DNA of 64,000 nucleotides from Candidatus Oxydemutatoraceae bacterium (GTDB lineage: Bacteria; Pseudomonadota; Gammaproteobacteria; Poriferisulfidales; Oxydemutatoraceae), in assembly GCA_965219575.1 (NCBI GenBank), contig OZ244779.1:876769-940768 (forward strand), written 5' to 3'. Shown piece by piece: positions 1 to 9,643 of the stretch (position 1 is the stretch's first letter; each line of letters opens with the position of its first letter). The notes under the pieces were generated by a model. The model searched no databases, was not told the origin of the DNA, and was given only the letters and a program-made list of their open reading frames with translations. Both the position numbers and the translations under genes were made by a program.

Positions 1-576
1 CGCAAGCACGACCGGGCGTGTATCGCTGCCGACACATTGGCTACGATGGGTGATCTTAAGCAAAGCAGTACTTATGATTTGGCACATGAAAAAATTTTGT
101 GTTATCAATCAAACTATATAGGCATCACCGGTAGCAGTGCGCACGATGTGGTACTCAGAAGCCTGCTCGCGGAAGACAATGCCCGATACGATTTCGGTTC
201 GCGGATGGCTATTTTTGAATCCTTTCGTACGATACACGAGATATTAAAAGAACGTTATTATCTGAACACCAAAGAAGAGGGCGACGGAGAACTACAAGCA
301 CCGTACGAATCCAGCCGTATCGATGCGTTGATTGCAAACCCTTACGGCATATTCGGCGTATTTGCGCTTAGAGAAGTCTGCGTTTATTCAAAATACTGGG
401 CTATAGGTTCCGGTGCCGAGATTGCACTCGGTGCCATGTATGCCTGTTATGACGAACAGCCAGATGTAAAGACTATTGCGCGCATTGCCATCGAAGCAAG
501 TGCCGAATTCAATACTGCCACCGCTTTGCCGATAACAAGCTACACACTACCTCTAGAGACTGTTAGAGCAGAATAG
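1..576 (+). CDS. Proteasome-beta/HslV-like Ntn-hydrolase (BPH-like), 5' truncated by the window edge
   Basis: Frame is open from base 1 (RKHDRACIAADTLATMG...). IAADT near the N-terminus and WAIGSG are typical of the proteasome beta/HslV fold. The catalytic Thr1 would lie upstream of the window. Confidence 0.7.
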   Translation, partial: RKHDRACIAADTLATMGDLKQSSTYDLAHEKILCYQSNYIGITGSSAHDVVLRSLLAEDNARYDFGSRMAIFESFRTIHEILKERYYLNTKEEGDGELQAPYESSRIDALIANPYGIFGVFALREVCVYSKYWAIGSGAEIALGAMYACYDEQPDVKTIARIAIEASAEFNTATALPITSYTLPLETVRAE

Positions 577-693
577 AACTGCCGATTAATCTTGTAGGGG
601 CAGAATAGAGCCGCCGATTGAGCCAGTAGGTCAATCGGCAATATAAAGCCGCCGATTGAGCCAGTAGGTCAATCGGCAATTATGATTCTGCCC
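561..693. repeat. Composite REP-like palindromic cluster
   Basis: TGTAGGGGCAGAAT (593) ... ATTCTGCCC (685-693) enclose two 38-bp-period hairpins GCCGATTGA-gccagtagg-TCAATCGGC (613-639, 651-677). A degenerate 32-bp copy at 561-592 overlaps the end of the gene. Confidence 0.85.
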
Positions 694-830
694 GAAAGGG
701 TCGCAGGCTTCGCTTGACGAAGTGGTCTTCAAATGCATCGTATTCGCACAATCAAAACACTCATCCACTAAATTTACGGTCTCCTATAGAAGTGGTTTAA
801 GAATATTTTTTACCACTAGATTGTTGACTG

Positions 831-1061
831 CTATAGATATTTAATTACAGCAATAACAAACATAGAATTAAGCACTATGAAACCATACAACCATCGCGTT
901 TGTACTGTCATTTTATCGGTTAGCCTAACCTCTAGATTTGCTAAGTCCGCCTTCGTTGCAACAGTTTTTGAACTTGCAACATCGGCTACCGCTTCCTTTG
1001 CTTCGTCGTCGGACAACTCGGGAATTTTTCTTAATGCGTTGTATAAAGATATTTCAGACAT
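831..1061 (-). CDS. Small membrane-anchored coiled-coil protein (DUF1640/CCDC90-like)
   Basis: VATKADL beta-layer-type motif, short coiled coil and C-terminal hydrophobic helix. GAGGAG RBS upstream. Confidence 0.7.
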   Translation of the reverse strand: MSEISLYNALRKIPELSDDEAKEAVADVASSKTVATKADLANLEVRLTDKMTVQTRWLYGFIVLNSMFVIAVIKYL

Positions 1062-1340
1062 AGTTATATCTCCTCATTAATCGGTAAATAAAGTACTCGC
1101 CGGCACAGTCAAGCGAATGTTTAGTGCTTCTCTACCATGCGCCGACTAGTATCTATATTATATCCATTTAATTTATGGAAACCATAATCAAATGGCACAT
1201 TGTCTATCTAAGGTTGAAATACCGAGTGGTGGTTATGCCGTTCGTCGGAAAGATAGGTCGGTTTATCGGAATGCCGAAAATTAGGGTTTTGAGGGTTGTA
1301 AAATGGCAATTTTCATATAATATACGGAGGTAAATTGATT

Positions 1341-1850
1341 ATGGTTCATAAGGCGATTATACATAAAACACTGGCAAAAATTCCCGGCGTAAGTAAAGAG
1401 GAAGCACATATGACAACAGATAGTTTGGTTCATGCCAACGATATAACCATCAAGGAAGCCATCAAAGATATGGAATTGAGAATGGCAACCAAAGATGATA
1501 TCAAGAATATGGCAACCAAAGATGATATCAAGGACATGGCGACCAAAGCCGATATCAAGGACATGGCGACCAAAGCCGATATCAAAGATATAGAATTGAG
1601 AATGGCAACTAAGGATGATATCAGAGATATAGAATTGCGTATGGCAACCAAGGACGATATCAAGGATATGGCAACCAAAGCCGATATCAAGGATATAGAA
1701 TCGCGCATGGCTACAAAAAGGGATATCGATGGCCTTAGAGTAGAAATTGCAGAACTAGAAACCCGAATGATGAGACAGCAAATAATTCATACAGGGACTG
1801 TCATCGCCTCGATTAGTTTCATAATGTTGCTGATGGAATTCTTTACATAG
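1341..1850 (+). CDS. Membrane-anchored coiled-coil protein with MATKDD repeats (DUF1640/CCDC90-like)
   Basis: GGAGG at 1326-1330 favours the ATG at 1341. Eight MATK(D/A/R)DI repeats and a C-terminal TM helix. Confidence 0.75.
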   Translation: MVHKAIIHKTLAKIPGVSKEEAHMTTDSLVHANDITIKEAIKDMELRMATKDDIKNMATKDDIKDMATKADIKDMATKADIKDIELRMATKDDIRDIELRMATKDDIKDMATKADIKDIESRMATKRDIDGLRVEIAELETRMMRQQIIHTGTVIASISFIMLLMEFFT

Positions 1851-1930
1851 ACTCTAATCTCGTCCAAGTGATAAATTCCTGCCACATCAAGAAAATGTAT
1901 ATTTCTATACTTATGGGTTATAATGCCCTC

Positions 1931-2017
1931 ATGAATTATTTAATCATAAATCCTAACAACCGATACGGGCAACATAAGGCATTGTTGCGATGCCTACTTC
2001 CGCGATTGCCGCACTGA
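1931..2017 (+). CDS. Putative leucine-rich leader peptide upstream of leuA (MNYLIINPNNRYGQHKALLRCLLPRLPH)
   Basis: 28-codon ORF with 5 Leu codons within 9 codons near its end. TATAAT at 1919-1924. A TGCCGC/GCGGCA hairpin spans the stop codon. Confidence 0.45.
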   Translation: MNYLIINPNNRYGQHKALLRCLLPRLPH

Positions 2018-2093
2018 CGCGGCAGAACAATAGCTGGCGAGCTTAGAGACGCACAATCACTTTACATTCTAATTTTTAATAACGGAGAGACTT

Positions 2094-3641
2094 ATGTCGG
2101 CTAAAGACAAGCTAATTATATTTGATACCACTTTAAGAGACGGTGAACAAAGCCCGGGCGCATCTATGACCCGAGATGAAAAGTTAAGGATTGCAAAAGC
2201 CCTCGAGAAGTTGCGAGTAGATGTTATAGAAGCGGGCTTCCCGATTGCCAGCCCGGGAGACTTTGAAGCGGTGCAAGAAATTGCCCGAACGATCAAGCAT
2301 AGCAAGGTTTGTGGGCTTGCGCGTGCACTGGAGAAAGACATAAAAAAGGCTGCCGAAGCATTGAAAGGTGCCGCCTCCGGGCGCATACACACCTTCATCG
2401 CATCGTCGCCCATACATATAAAAAACAAGTTACGTATGACACCCGAGCAGGTGTTGGAGCGGGCGGTAGCGGCTGTTCGGCTTGCACGGCAATACACCGA
2501 CGATGTGGAGTTTTCTCCGGAGGATGCCGGGCGTTCCGAAATCGATTTTTTATGTCGTCTGGTCGAAAGCACGATTGCGGCAGGTGCCAAAACCATCAAT
2601 ATCCCGGACACGGTAGGCTACAGCATGCCCGAGCAATTCGGCAATCTAATCGGCACCCTATTGGATAAAGTGCCGAATGCCGACAAAGCGGTTTTTTCAA
2701 CCCATTGCCATAACGACTTGGGTTTGGCGGTTGCGAATTCGCTGAGCGCGGTCAGACAAGGTGCAAGGCAAGTGGAATGTACCATCAACGGTTTGGGCGA
2801 GCGCGCCGGCAATGCAGCACTCGAGGAGGTTGTGATGACAGTCCATACTCGTTCCGATATATTCGATTGCACGACGAATATAGATACGCATCAAATCGTG
2901 CCGATATCACGACTGGTTGCCGGCATCACCGGTTTTCCGGTGCAGCCCAATAAAGCGATCGTCGGTGCAAACGCCTTCGCACACGAGTCGGGCATACACC
3001 AAGACGGTGTGCTCAAGTATAGAGAGACCTACGAAATCATGCGCTCCGAAGATGTGGGTTGGAGTTCCAACCGTATCGTATTGGGCAAACATTCCGGACG
3101 CAATGCATTCAGGACGCGTTTGCAGGAATTGGGTGTTACATTTTCCAATACCGATGATTTGAACGATGCGTTTGAACGTTTCAAATTATTGGCGGATAAA
3201 AAGGAAGAGATTTACGACGAGGACCTGCAAGCGTTGGTATCCGATAGTGCGTCGGTAAATGCAGAGGAGTACTACCGTTTGAATTGGCTCAATGTCACTT
3301 CGGAAAGCGGCACGCAGCCTTGTGCGAAGATCACTCTAAGCATGGAAGATGCCGAACACCGAGCCGAAGCGCAAGGCAGCGGTCCGGTTGATGCCGCATT
3401 CAAAGCGATAGAGTCCGTAGTTGAAAGTGGCAGTGAGTTGCTGTTATATTCGGTGAATAATATCACCACCGGTACCGACTCTCAGGGTGAAGTTACAGTG
3501 CGTTTGTCCAAAGGCGGGCGTGTAGTCAACGGCCTCGGTATCGATACCGACATCGTCGTTGCGTCGGCTAAAGCCTATGTGAATGCGCTGAATAAATTAT
3601 CCGTCGGCGGCAAGGCGCATCCTCAACTCGGGCATATCTGA
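2094..3641 (+). CDS. leuA: 2-isopropylmalate synthase
   Basis: [27 protein letters not shown] and HESGIHQDG motifs, plus the C-terminal regulatory domain. Confidence 0.97.
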   Translation: MSAKDKLIIFDTTLRDGEQSPGASMTRDEKLRIAKALEKLRVDVIEAGFPIASPGDFEAVQEIARTIKHSKVCGLARALEKDIKKAAEALKGAASGRIHTFIASSPIHIKNKLRMTPEQVLERAVAAVRLARQYTDDVEFSPEDAGRSEIDFLCRLVESTIAAGAKTINIPDTVGYSMPEQFGNLIGTLLDKVPNADKAVFSTHCHNDLGLAVANSLSAVRQGARQVECTINGLGERAGNAALEEVVMTVHTRSDIFDCTTNIDTHQIVPISRLVAGITGFPVQPNKAIVGANAFAHESGIHQDGVLKYRETYEIMRSEDVGWSSNRIVLGKHSGRNAFRTRLQELGVTFSNTDDLNDAFERFKLLADKKEEIYDEDLQALVSDSASVNAEEYYRLNWLNVTSESGTQPCAKITLSMEDAEHRAEAQGSGPVDAAFKAIESVVESGSELLLYSVNNITTGTDSQGEVTVRLSKGGRVVNGLGIDTDIVVASAKAYVNALNKLSVGGKAHPQLGHI

Positions 3642-3646
3642 AGCGA

Positions 3647-4393
3647 ATGCCGGTAAAAAAGTCACTTTATCTGCAACACATGGGTATAGAACCTTATATA
3701 CTTCGTTCGTCCGTACCAGTTGCGGAACAAGTTATGCTGCCGGCCGAAGACCAAACCGAAGTGCCGCTGCAAGCGACTCCCGATATCGGTCAACCCGTTG
3801 CTCAACTGTCCCGACCGGACAATCGGCTTACAGCACCGCAATGGCAGAGTCTGGAGCTAGAAGTTGTGAACTGCAAAAAGTGCATTTTACATCAAACCCG
3901 CACGCAAACCGTATTCGGTGTAGGTGACAAAAACGCTCGGTGGATGTTTATCGGTGAGGCACCGGGATTCGAAGAAGATAGAAAAGGCGAACCGTTCGTC
4001 GGTCGTGCCGGACAGTTATTGACCAGAATGCTCAAAGCGATCGGTTTTGAGCGGCACGAGGTTTATATCGCCAATGTCATTAAGTGCAGACCGCCCGATA
4101 ATCGCAACCCGCGCCTCGAGGAGATAGTGCAATGCCTCTTCTATTTGTATAGTCAAATTCAACTAGTGCAACCCGAGATTATCGTCTTATTAGGCGGGGT
4201 TGCGGCAAACGCTTTATTAAAAGAGCAAACACCGGTGTCGCGCTTGCGCGGCCGGATACACCGTATAGAAAATACCCGAGCTCCGGTTATCGTGACCTAC
4301 CACCCCGCTTATTTGCTTAGGTCTCCGAACCAAAAAGCGGCAGCGTGGGAAGATTTACAGTTTGCCTGCAAAACAATAGGGCGGGAGTTATAA
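3647..4393 (+). CDS. Uracil-DNA glycosylase family 4 (Fe-S)
   Basis: CxxC, GEAPG, FVGRAG, KCRPP and YHPAYLLR motifs. Confidence 0.93.
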   Translation: MPVKKSLYLQHMGIEPYILRSSVPVAEQVMLPAEDQTEVPLQATPDIGQPVAQLSRPDNRLTAPQWQSLELEVVNCKKCILHQTRTQTVFGVGDKNARWMFIGEAPGFEEDRKGEPFVGRAGQLLTRMLKAIGFERHEVYIANVIKCRPPDNRNPRLEEIVQCLFYLYSQIQLVQPEIIVLLGGVAANALLKEQTPVSRLRGRIHRIENTRAPVIVTYHPAYLLRSPNQKAAAWEDLQFACKTIGREL

Positions 4394-4394
4394 A

Positions 4395-4925
4395 ATGAGC
4401 GCACTGGTCAAAGAGGCTCTACCGGAGGCGTACGCTACCGATACCTTAAATAAAAAAGGTGAGCATAATCATCTCGGGGCGACTAAAGTTTTTCTGTCTA
4501 GAATGACCGATGCGGATATTGCGAAGGTGCATGCCTTGGAAAGCCGCTCGTATTCGTTCCCGTGGTCGCAACTGATATTTTCGGACTGTATCAATTCCCG
4601 ATACGAGTGCTGGGTAATGAAGAGATCGGACAAAGTGATTGCATACGGCATCATGGCAATCGGTATAGACGAGAGTCATTTATTGAATCTCTGCGTAGAT
4701 TCCGACTTTAGAAGACAAGGCTATGCCTGCTATATGGTTAGGTTTTTATCCGATATTTCTATAGTGCGAAATGCCAAGCGTATGTTGCTCGAGGTCAGGG
4801 CAAGCAATCATAAAGCATTCAACCTTTATCGTAAATTAGGTTTTCAACAAATCGGTTTACGAAACAACTATTATCCTGCCGAGACCGATAGGGAAGACGC
4901 GCGAGTGCTTGCTAAATTACTTTAA
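4395..4925 (+). CDS. rimI: Ribosomal protein S18 N-acetyltransferase
   Basis: GNAT with PWS, RRQGYA, LEVRASN, LYRKLGF, RNNYY and EDA motifs. Confidence 0.92.
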   Translation: MSALVKEALPEAYATDTLNKKGEHNHLGATKVFLSRMTDADIAKVHALESRSYSFPWSQLIFSDCINSRYECWVMKRSDKVIAYGIMAIGIDESHLLNLCVDSDFRRQGYACYMVRFLSDISIVRNAKRMLLEVRASNHKAFNLYRKLGFQQIGLRNNYYPAETDREDARVLAKLL

Positions 4926-4932
4926 GCAAACC

Positions 4933-6318
4933 ATGCGATATGTGCCGTTTTTTTTGGAACTGAGAGGGAAGCGGGGTTTAGTGGTCGGCGGCGGTGAAAT
5001 CGCAACGCGTAAGGCGCGCCGATTGCTCGACGGTGGCATGAAACTTAAAATAGTTGCCCCTGAAATTTCCGAGCCGATGCGAGAATTAGGAGCGCAGTCA
5101 TCGTGTGTGATAGAGAAGCGCCCCTTTGAAGATGACGATGTCAAAGGCGCATACATAGTCGTCTCGGCAACCGACCGCAGAACGGTCAATCATCGCGTCT
5201 CCGAACTGGCTAAGGCACAAGGTAGTTTAGTCAATATCGCCGACGATGCCGACGAGGCAAATCTGTTATTTCCGTCTTTGGTAGACCGTAGTCCTCTACA
5301 AATCGCAATTTCGGCAGGCGGTGCTTCACCGTCGTTGTCGCGCCTACTACGATCTTATTTAGAAGGTTTCATACCCTCGGGTTATGCCGAACTTGCCGAG
5401 TTGTTGGAACGATACCGAGGCCGAGTCAAAGAGAAATATCGAACACCGGCTCGGCGTCGTTCTTTTTGGGATGTTGTTTTGAGAGGTCGGGTTGCCGATG
5501 CGATTTTTGCCGGACGATACGAAGAAGCCGAAGCGAGCTTGCTTGCATTGCTGAACGACGAACAAAAAATCGAGGAGTACACGGGAGAGATTTATCTGGT
5601 CGGTGCCGGCCCCGGCGACCCCGATTTATTGACGATAAAAGCCTTGCGTTTGATGCAGCAAGCCGATGTGGTTGTCTACGACCGATTGGTTTCGGACAGC
5701 ATACATCGATTGTTAAAACCCGGCATCGAGAAAATCTATGCCGGCAAGCAACCTTCGCAACATGCAATGTCGCAAGAAGAAATTAATCGCTTATTGGTTA
5801 AATTGGCAAAACAAGGGAAAAAAGTGTTACGTCTAAAAGGCGGCGATCCCTTCATCTTCGGTAGAGGTGGTGAAGAGATAGAAACTCTATTCGAAGAGGG
5901 TATTCCGTTTCAAATCGTTCCCGGCATCACTGCGGCACTAGGTTGCGCCGCCTACAGCGGCATTCCTCTGACCCACAGAGACTACGCTCAGTCGTGTGTC
6001 TTTGTGACCGGACACCGCCGAGACGGAACCGTTAATCTAAACTGGGATTTCTTGACACAAGAAAATCAAACCTTGATTTTCTACATGGGTTTGCTCGGAT
6101 TGGAACACATCTGCGCATCGCTAATCGAACATGGCATGCCGCCCGAAACTCCCATCGCATTGATAATGCACGGCACTTTGACGGACCAAAAAGTTATAGT
6201 CTCCGACCTGAGAAACATCATAACAAAAGTGCGTGGTGAAGAAATCAAACCACCCACCTTGGTTATCGTCGGCAAAGTCGTAGAACTGTATAACAAACTG
6301 CAGTGGTATCGATTATAG
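4933..6318 (+). CDS. cysG: Siroheme synthase (dehydrogenase/ferrochelatase plus SUMT)
   Basis: VVGGGEIA Rossmann motif, then LVGAGPGDPDLLT and RLKGGDPFIFGRGGEE. ATG at 4933 is the likely start. Confidence 0.95.
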   Translation: MRYVPFFLELRGKRGLVVGGGEIATRKARRLLDGGMKLKIVAPEISEPMRELGAQSSCVIEKRPFEDDDVKGAYIVVSATDRRTVNHRVSELAKAQGSLVNIADDADEANLLFPSLVDRSPLQIAISAGGASPSLSRLLRSYLEGFIPSGYAELAELLERYRGRVKEKYRTPARRRSFWDVVLRGRVADAIFAGRYEEAEASLLALLNDEQKIEEYTGEIYLVGAGPGDPDLLTIKALRLMQQADVVVYDRLVSDSIHRLLKPGIEKIYAGKQPSQHAMSQEEINRLLVKLAKQGKKVLRLKGGDPFIFGRGGEEIETLFEEGIPFQIVPGITAALGCAAYSGIPLTHRDYAQSCVFVTGHRRDGTVNLNWDFLTQENQTLIFYMGLLGLEHICASLIEHGMPPETPIALIMHGTLTDQKVIVSDLRNIITKVRGEEIKPPTLVIVGKVVELYNKLQWYRL

Positions 6319-6327
6319 TTTGGTATA

Positions 6328-6909
6328 ATGGCCTTAGGAGGAACAATCATGAATATTTCTTATTTAATCAAAATCCCGGTTCTGTGTTTGTGCGTAGCGG
6401 TTATTTTTGTCGGCACGATGCCGCCTTCCCTATCAATCTCGCCGTTCAACCAACCCGATGTATTGCCGCAATTCCATACTCAAGCGACGGAAGATTGGAT
6501 TAATTCTTCTCCGTTGCGAGTAGAGGACTTAAGAGGAAAAGTCGTATTGGTTGATTTTTGGACTTACGGTTGCTGGAATTGTTATCGTTCTTTTCCGTGG
6601 TTAAATGCTATGGAGGCTCGCTTGAAGGATGAAGATTTTATCGTAATCGGTGTTCACACACCGGAGTTCGATCACGAACGAGACCGACGCAAGGTGGCGG
6701 AGAAAGTCGAGGAATTCGATCTGCACCACCCCGTTGTTATAGATAACGATAGTCTTTACTGGCGGGCTATGCGTAATCGCTATTGGCCGGCATTTTATGT
6801 GGTAGATAAGCGAGGGCGCATACGGCATCGGTTTGTCGGCGAAACGCACGAAGGTACCCGGCGTGCTACGACCATAGAAAAAGCAATAGTTAAACTGCTG
6901 GCAGAATAG
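6328..6909 (+). CDS. TlpA/DipZ-like thioredoxin, membrane-anchored or exported
   Basis: N-terminal hydrophobic segment; GKVVLVDFWTYGCWNC, GVHTPEF and WPAFY motifs. The start may be 6349. Confidence 0.88.
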   Translation: MALGGTIMNISYLIKIPVLCLCVAVIFVGTMPPSLSISPFNQPDVLPQFHTQATEDWINSSPLRVEDLRGKVVLVDFWTYGCWNCYRSFPWLNAMEARLKDEDFIVIGVHTPEFDHERDRRKVAEKVEEFDLHHPVVIDNDSLYWRAMRNRYWPAFYVVDKRGRIRHRFVGETHEGTRRATTIEKAIVKLLAE

Positions 6910-6940
6910 AACCACCGATTGAGCCGGTAGGTCAATCGGT
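6901..6940. repeat. Palindromic repeat copy
   Basis: GCAGAATAGAACC followed by ACCGATTGA-gccggtagg-TCAATCGGT. The terminal pair is A-T where other copies have G-C (compensatory change). Confidence 0.85.
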
Positions 6941-7083
6941 GTGACATTGTGCAGAACCGGGGGGCTGTTGAAAAAGTATTTCATACAATGTAGGGGCGGA
7001 CTTGCATGATGCCTTATTAAAAATCAAGTCGTTTTATTCATTTTTTATCTCCTTTTGCGAGTATTGATTTAGGACACAGATGC

Positions 7084-8058
7084 TCAACAATAATTCGTGT
7101 CAAACGGTTGCTTGTGCGTGGTGACCCCGTAAATAATACGCGTGAGCTTATGCGCGCAAGCAACAATAATCTGCTTTTTAGTTAACTCCGGACGGCGGCG
7201 ACTTAATTGGTCGGCAAATGCACGGATGGTTGGGTTATGAACCCGTGCCGAGAGTGCTGCCATAAATAGGAGGGTGCGCAGGTCGGCATTGCCCTGTTTA
7301 GAGATGGGCGTGGGCGATGCGCAGTTGCCGGATTGCTTGTGCTTGGGCGTGATGCCGATATAGGCGGCGAGTTGCTTTGGATGGCGAAACGTATTATCAT
7401 CCAGTACTGCACACAGGGCAGCCGCAGTTTGAGTTCCGATTCCAGGAATGGAACACAGCAACTGGTGAAGCTGTGTGAGGTGCTCGTCTTGAGCGATGAT
7501 TTTGTCCATTGAGGCATTAATCTTATCGATCTGCTTCTCATGGTTCTTCAGGCTAGTGGCTGCCACCTTTTTTTGCTTCGCATCGCGCAGAGTTTTAGCG
7601 CAATTGCTTAACATCGTATGACACTTGACTAATTCCCTACGCCATTTCAGTGCGTCGCGCAAGGCTTGCACAGCCGGTGAGGGCTTTTGCCAATTGTTTT
7701 CAGGCGGGATAGCAAATACGAAGCGTGCGATGATACGCGCATCCACGCGATCGGTTTTACTGCGTATGCCGAGCGAGTCGCGGAATCTAGAGATCAGCAC
7801 CGGTACTGCAACGGTGATTGGATGCCCGGCATCATAGCCGGCCATGCACAGGTCTAGTTCAAGACCGCCGGTCGCCTCAACGCAGATGCGACACTGCTGT
7901 GCGCAGTGTTTGCTCGCCCAAGCTAACAACTGCTTGATGCCTTGGGCATCACTACTAAATTGTTGTTCGGCAAAACTATTATCGGTGAATAGTATAGCCG
8001 CCTCTAAAGTGTCTTTAGAGACATCAACGCCAATCGTGACGGGTTGTTTGTTTTCCAT
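7084..8058 (-). CDS. IS110-family recombinase/transposase
   Basis: RuvC-like DEDD residues D12 (IGVD), E61 (VEATG), D103/D106 (KTDRVD). Tnp domain SIPGIG...LAAYIG...QSG with Ser243. Confidence 0.96.
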   Translation of the reverse strand: MENKQPVTIGVDVSKDTLEAAILFTDNSFAEQQFSSDAQGIKQLLAWASKHCAQQCRICVEATGGLELDLCMAGYDAGHPITVAVPVLISRFRDSLGIRSKTDRVDARIIARFVFAIPPENNWQKPSPAVQALRDALKWRRELVKCHTMLSNCAKTLRDAKQKKVAATSLKNHEKQIDKINASMDKIIAQDEHLTQLHQLLCSIPGIGTQTAAALCAVLDDNTFRHPKQLAAYIGITPKHKQSGNCASPTPISKQGNADLRTLLFMAALSARVHNPTIRAFADQLSRRRPELTKKQIIVACAHKLTRIIYGVTTHKQPFDTNYC

Positions 8059-8109
8059 AATAAATTACTCCATAAGGGTTGGTTAATGAATGAAATACTA
8101 GGTATCAAA

Positions 8110-8320
8110 CACAGTTTAGGAAAGTATGACTACGCCGCCCAAACAGATGAATACGAGATCTAAAGTCCCAAGCTGCCTTTCGAGCTCTATAGTCATAACG
8201 CCGGAGGAGTGCTTCTCATGCAAACAGGCTTTTAATGCCTCGTCCGTCCTACAGCGTGTCTCCTCCGACTTCCTAGGTACTGCATCTACCTAAGCGTTTA
8301 TCTTATATTAAATAAGCCAG
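8110..8320 (-). ncRNA. Bridge RNA of the IS110 element (ends approximate)
   Basis: Two stem-enclosed internal loops (stems 8260-8267/8202-8209 and 8190-8197/8125-8132). They contain segments matching the target (GGACGGAC, TTGCATG) and the donor (AAGGCAGC, ATCTG). Confidence 0.85.
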
Positions 8321-8335
8321 GGTTTAATATATCTG

Positions 8336-8432
8336 TCCGCCCGTAACGCGTTATGCATGGACGATTTATACATTCATTCATCCAATTCATGAAAACCAAC
8401 CCAACCGCCCTGCGCCATTTGATTTTGGTTTC
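8336..8432. repeat. Longer dispersed repeat (MITE/REPIN-like)
   Basis: GCCCGTAACGCGTT...ACGATTTATACATTCAT...ATGAAAACCAA is similar to the reverse complement of 58620-58693. Partial copies occur near 1158-1198 and 19960-20000. Confidence 0.7.
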
Positions 8433-8508
8433 TAGAGTATTTAATCGGATTAATACATCGTTAGGCTATGTATAATAATCGTGTTTAGAATGCCCGATAC
8501 CGTAAACC

Positions 8509-9609
8509 ATGTCTCAATCCAAGCGTATTTTGTTGTTAGCCGGCGACGGTATAGGTCCCGAGGTCGTTGCCGAAGCGATCAAGCTGATTAAATGTATGCA
8601 ATCCGAGGGGCATGCGATTGAATATCGGGAGGCGTTAATAGGCGGTGCCGCATACGATGTTCACGATAAACCGTTGCCCGACGAGACACTGGAAGCGGCC
8701 GAGGAATGCGATGCCTTATTGATGGGTGCGGTAGGCGCGCCGCAATACGAAAATCTCGAGCGGGAGTTGCGTCCGGAAAGAGGACTATTAGCCATCCGCA
8801 GGGAGCTGGGCTTGTTTGCCAATTTGCGGCCGGCGTTATTATTCAAACCGTTGGCTACCCGTTCCAGTTTGCGTGCCGAATTGATAGAAGGACTCGATGT
8901 TTTGATAGTCAGAGAGTTGACGGGTGGGATTTATTTCGGTGAACCGCGTGGTTTGCGGATCGATGCCGGAGGCCGTCGCGAGGCTTACAACACGATGATA
9001 TATAGCGAGGATGAAATAGAGCGTATTGCGCGTATTGCCTACGAGGCGGCACAGTTGCGCAACGGTCGCTTGTGTTCGGTTGACAAGGCGAATGTGTTGG
9101 AGGTGTCCGAGTTGTGGCGCGAGGTCGTAGAGCGTTTGGCATCCGATTATCCCGATGTAACACTCAGCCATCTTTATGTGGACAATGCGGCGATGCAGTT
9201 GGTGCGCGCACCCAAGCAGTTCGATGTGATAGTTACTTCTAATTTATTCGGTGACATATTGTCGGATTTAGCGGCGATGTTGACCGGATCTATCGGCATG
9301 TTGCCGTCGGCATCTTTGAATCAATCGGGTAAGGGACTGTACGAGCCGGTGCACGGTTCGGCACCCGATATAGCGGGACAAGGGCGCGCCAATCCACTGG
9401 CCGCAATTCTATCGTTGGCAATGCTATTGCGCTATTCTTTGGATATGCTACAGTCGGCGAAGCGCATCGAGCAAGCGGTTGCGCTCGCCGTAGAGACCCA
9501 TCGCACACCCGATATCGCCGCTGCGGATAAAGCCGTATCGACTACCGAGTTGGGTGATGCCGTAGTGCGATATTACGATGAACTCGGATACAATGATACG
9601 CTCGGCTAA
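8509..9609 (+). CDS. leuB: 3-isopropylmalate dehydrogenase
   Basis: [33 protein letters not shown] and [12 protein letters not shown] motifs. Confidence 0.97.
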   Translation: MSQSKRILLLAGDGIGPEVVAEAIKLIKCMQSEGHAIEYREALIGGAAYDVHDKPLPDETLEAAEECDALLMGAVGAPQYENLERELRPERGLLAIRRELGLFANLRPALLFKPLATRSSLRAELIEGLDVLIVRELTGGIYFGEPRGLRIDAGGRREAYNTMIYSEDEIERIARIAYEAAQLRNGRLCSVDKANVLEVSELWREVVERLASDYPDVTLSHLYVDNAAMQLVRAPKQFDVIVTSNLFGDILSDLAAMLTGSIGMLPSASLNQSGKGLYEPVHGSAPDIAGQGRANPLAAILSLAMLLRYSLDMLQSAKRIEQAVALAVETHRTPDIAAADKAVSTTELGDAVVRYYDELGYNDTLG

Positions 9610-9643
9610 TACATAAAACATGCCGATAATATAGGGATATAAG

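Larger units (their letters stand above)
7009..8333 (-). mobile_element. IS110-family insertion sequence (IS621-like, long left end) inserted in a REP-like palindrome
   Basis: Flanked by TG (CA on the minus strand) at 7007-7008 and 8334-8335. Removing the element restores the palindrome GGGCGGAC-ttgcat-GTCCGCCC. No terminal inverted repeats. Confidence 0.92.

Noticed and set aside
613-677. 38-bp-period repeats here and at 20036-20127 as CRISPR arrays
   Set aside because: Only 2-3 units, with near-identical 11-bp linkers rather than unique spacers, no cas genes, and copies dispersed across the window.
2069-2611. 180-aa antisense ORF over leuA and similar overlapping ORFs in housekeeping genes
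   Set aside because: They are shadows of well-supported genes on the opposite strand or in another frame.
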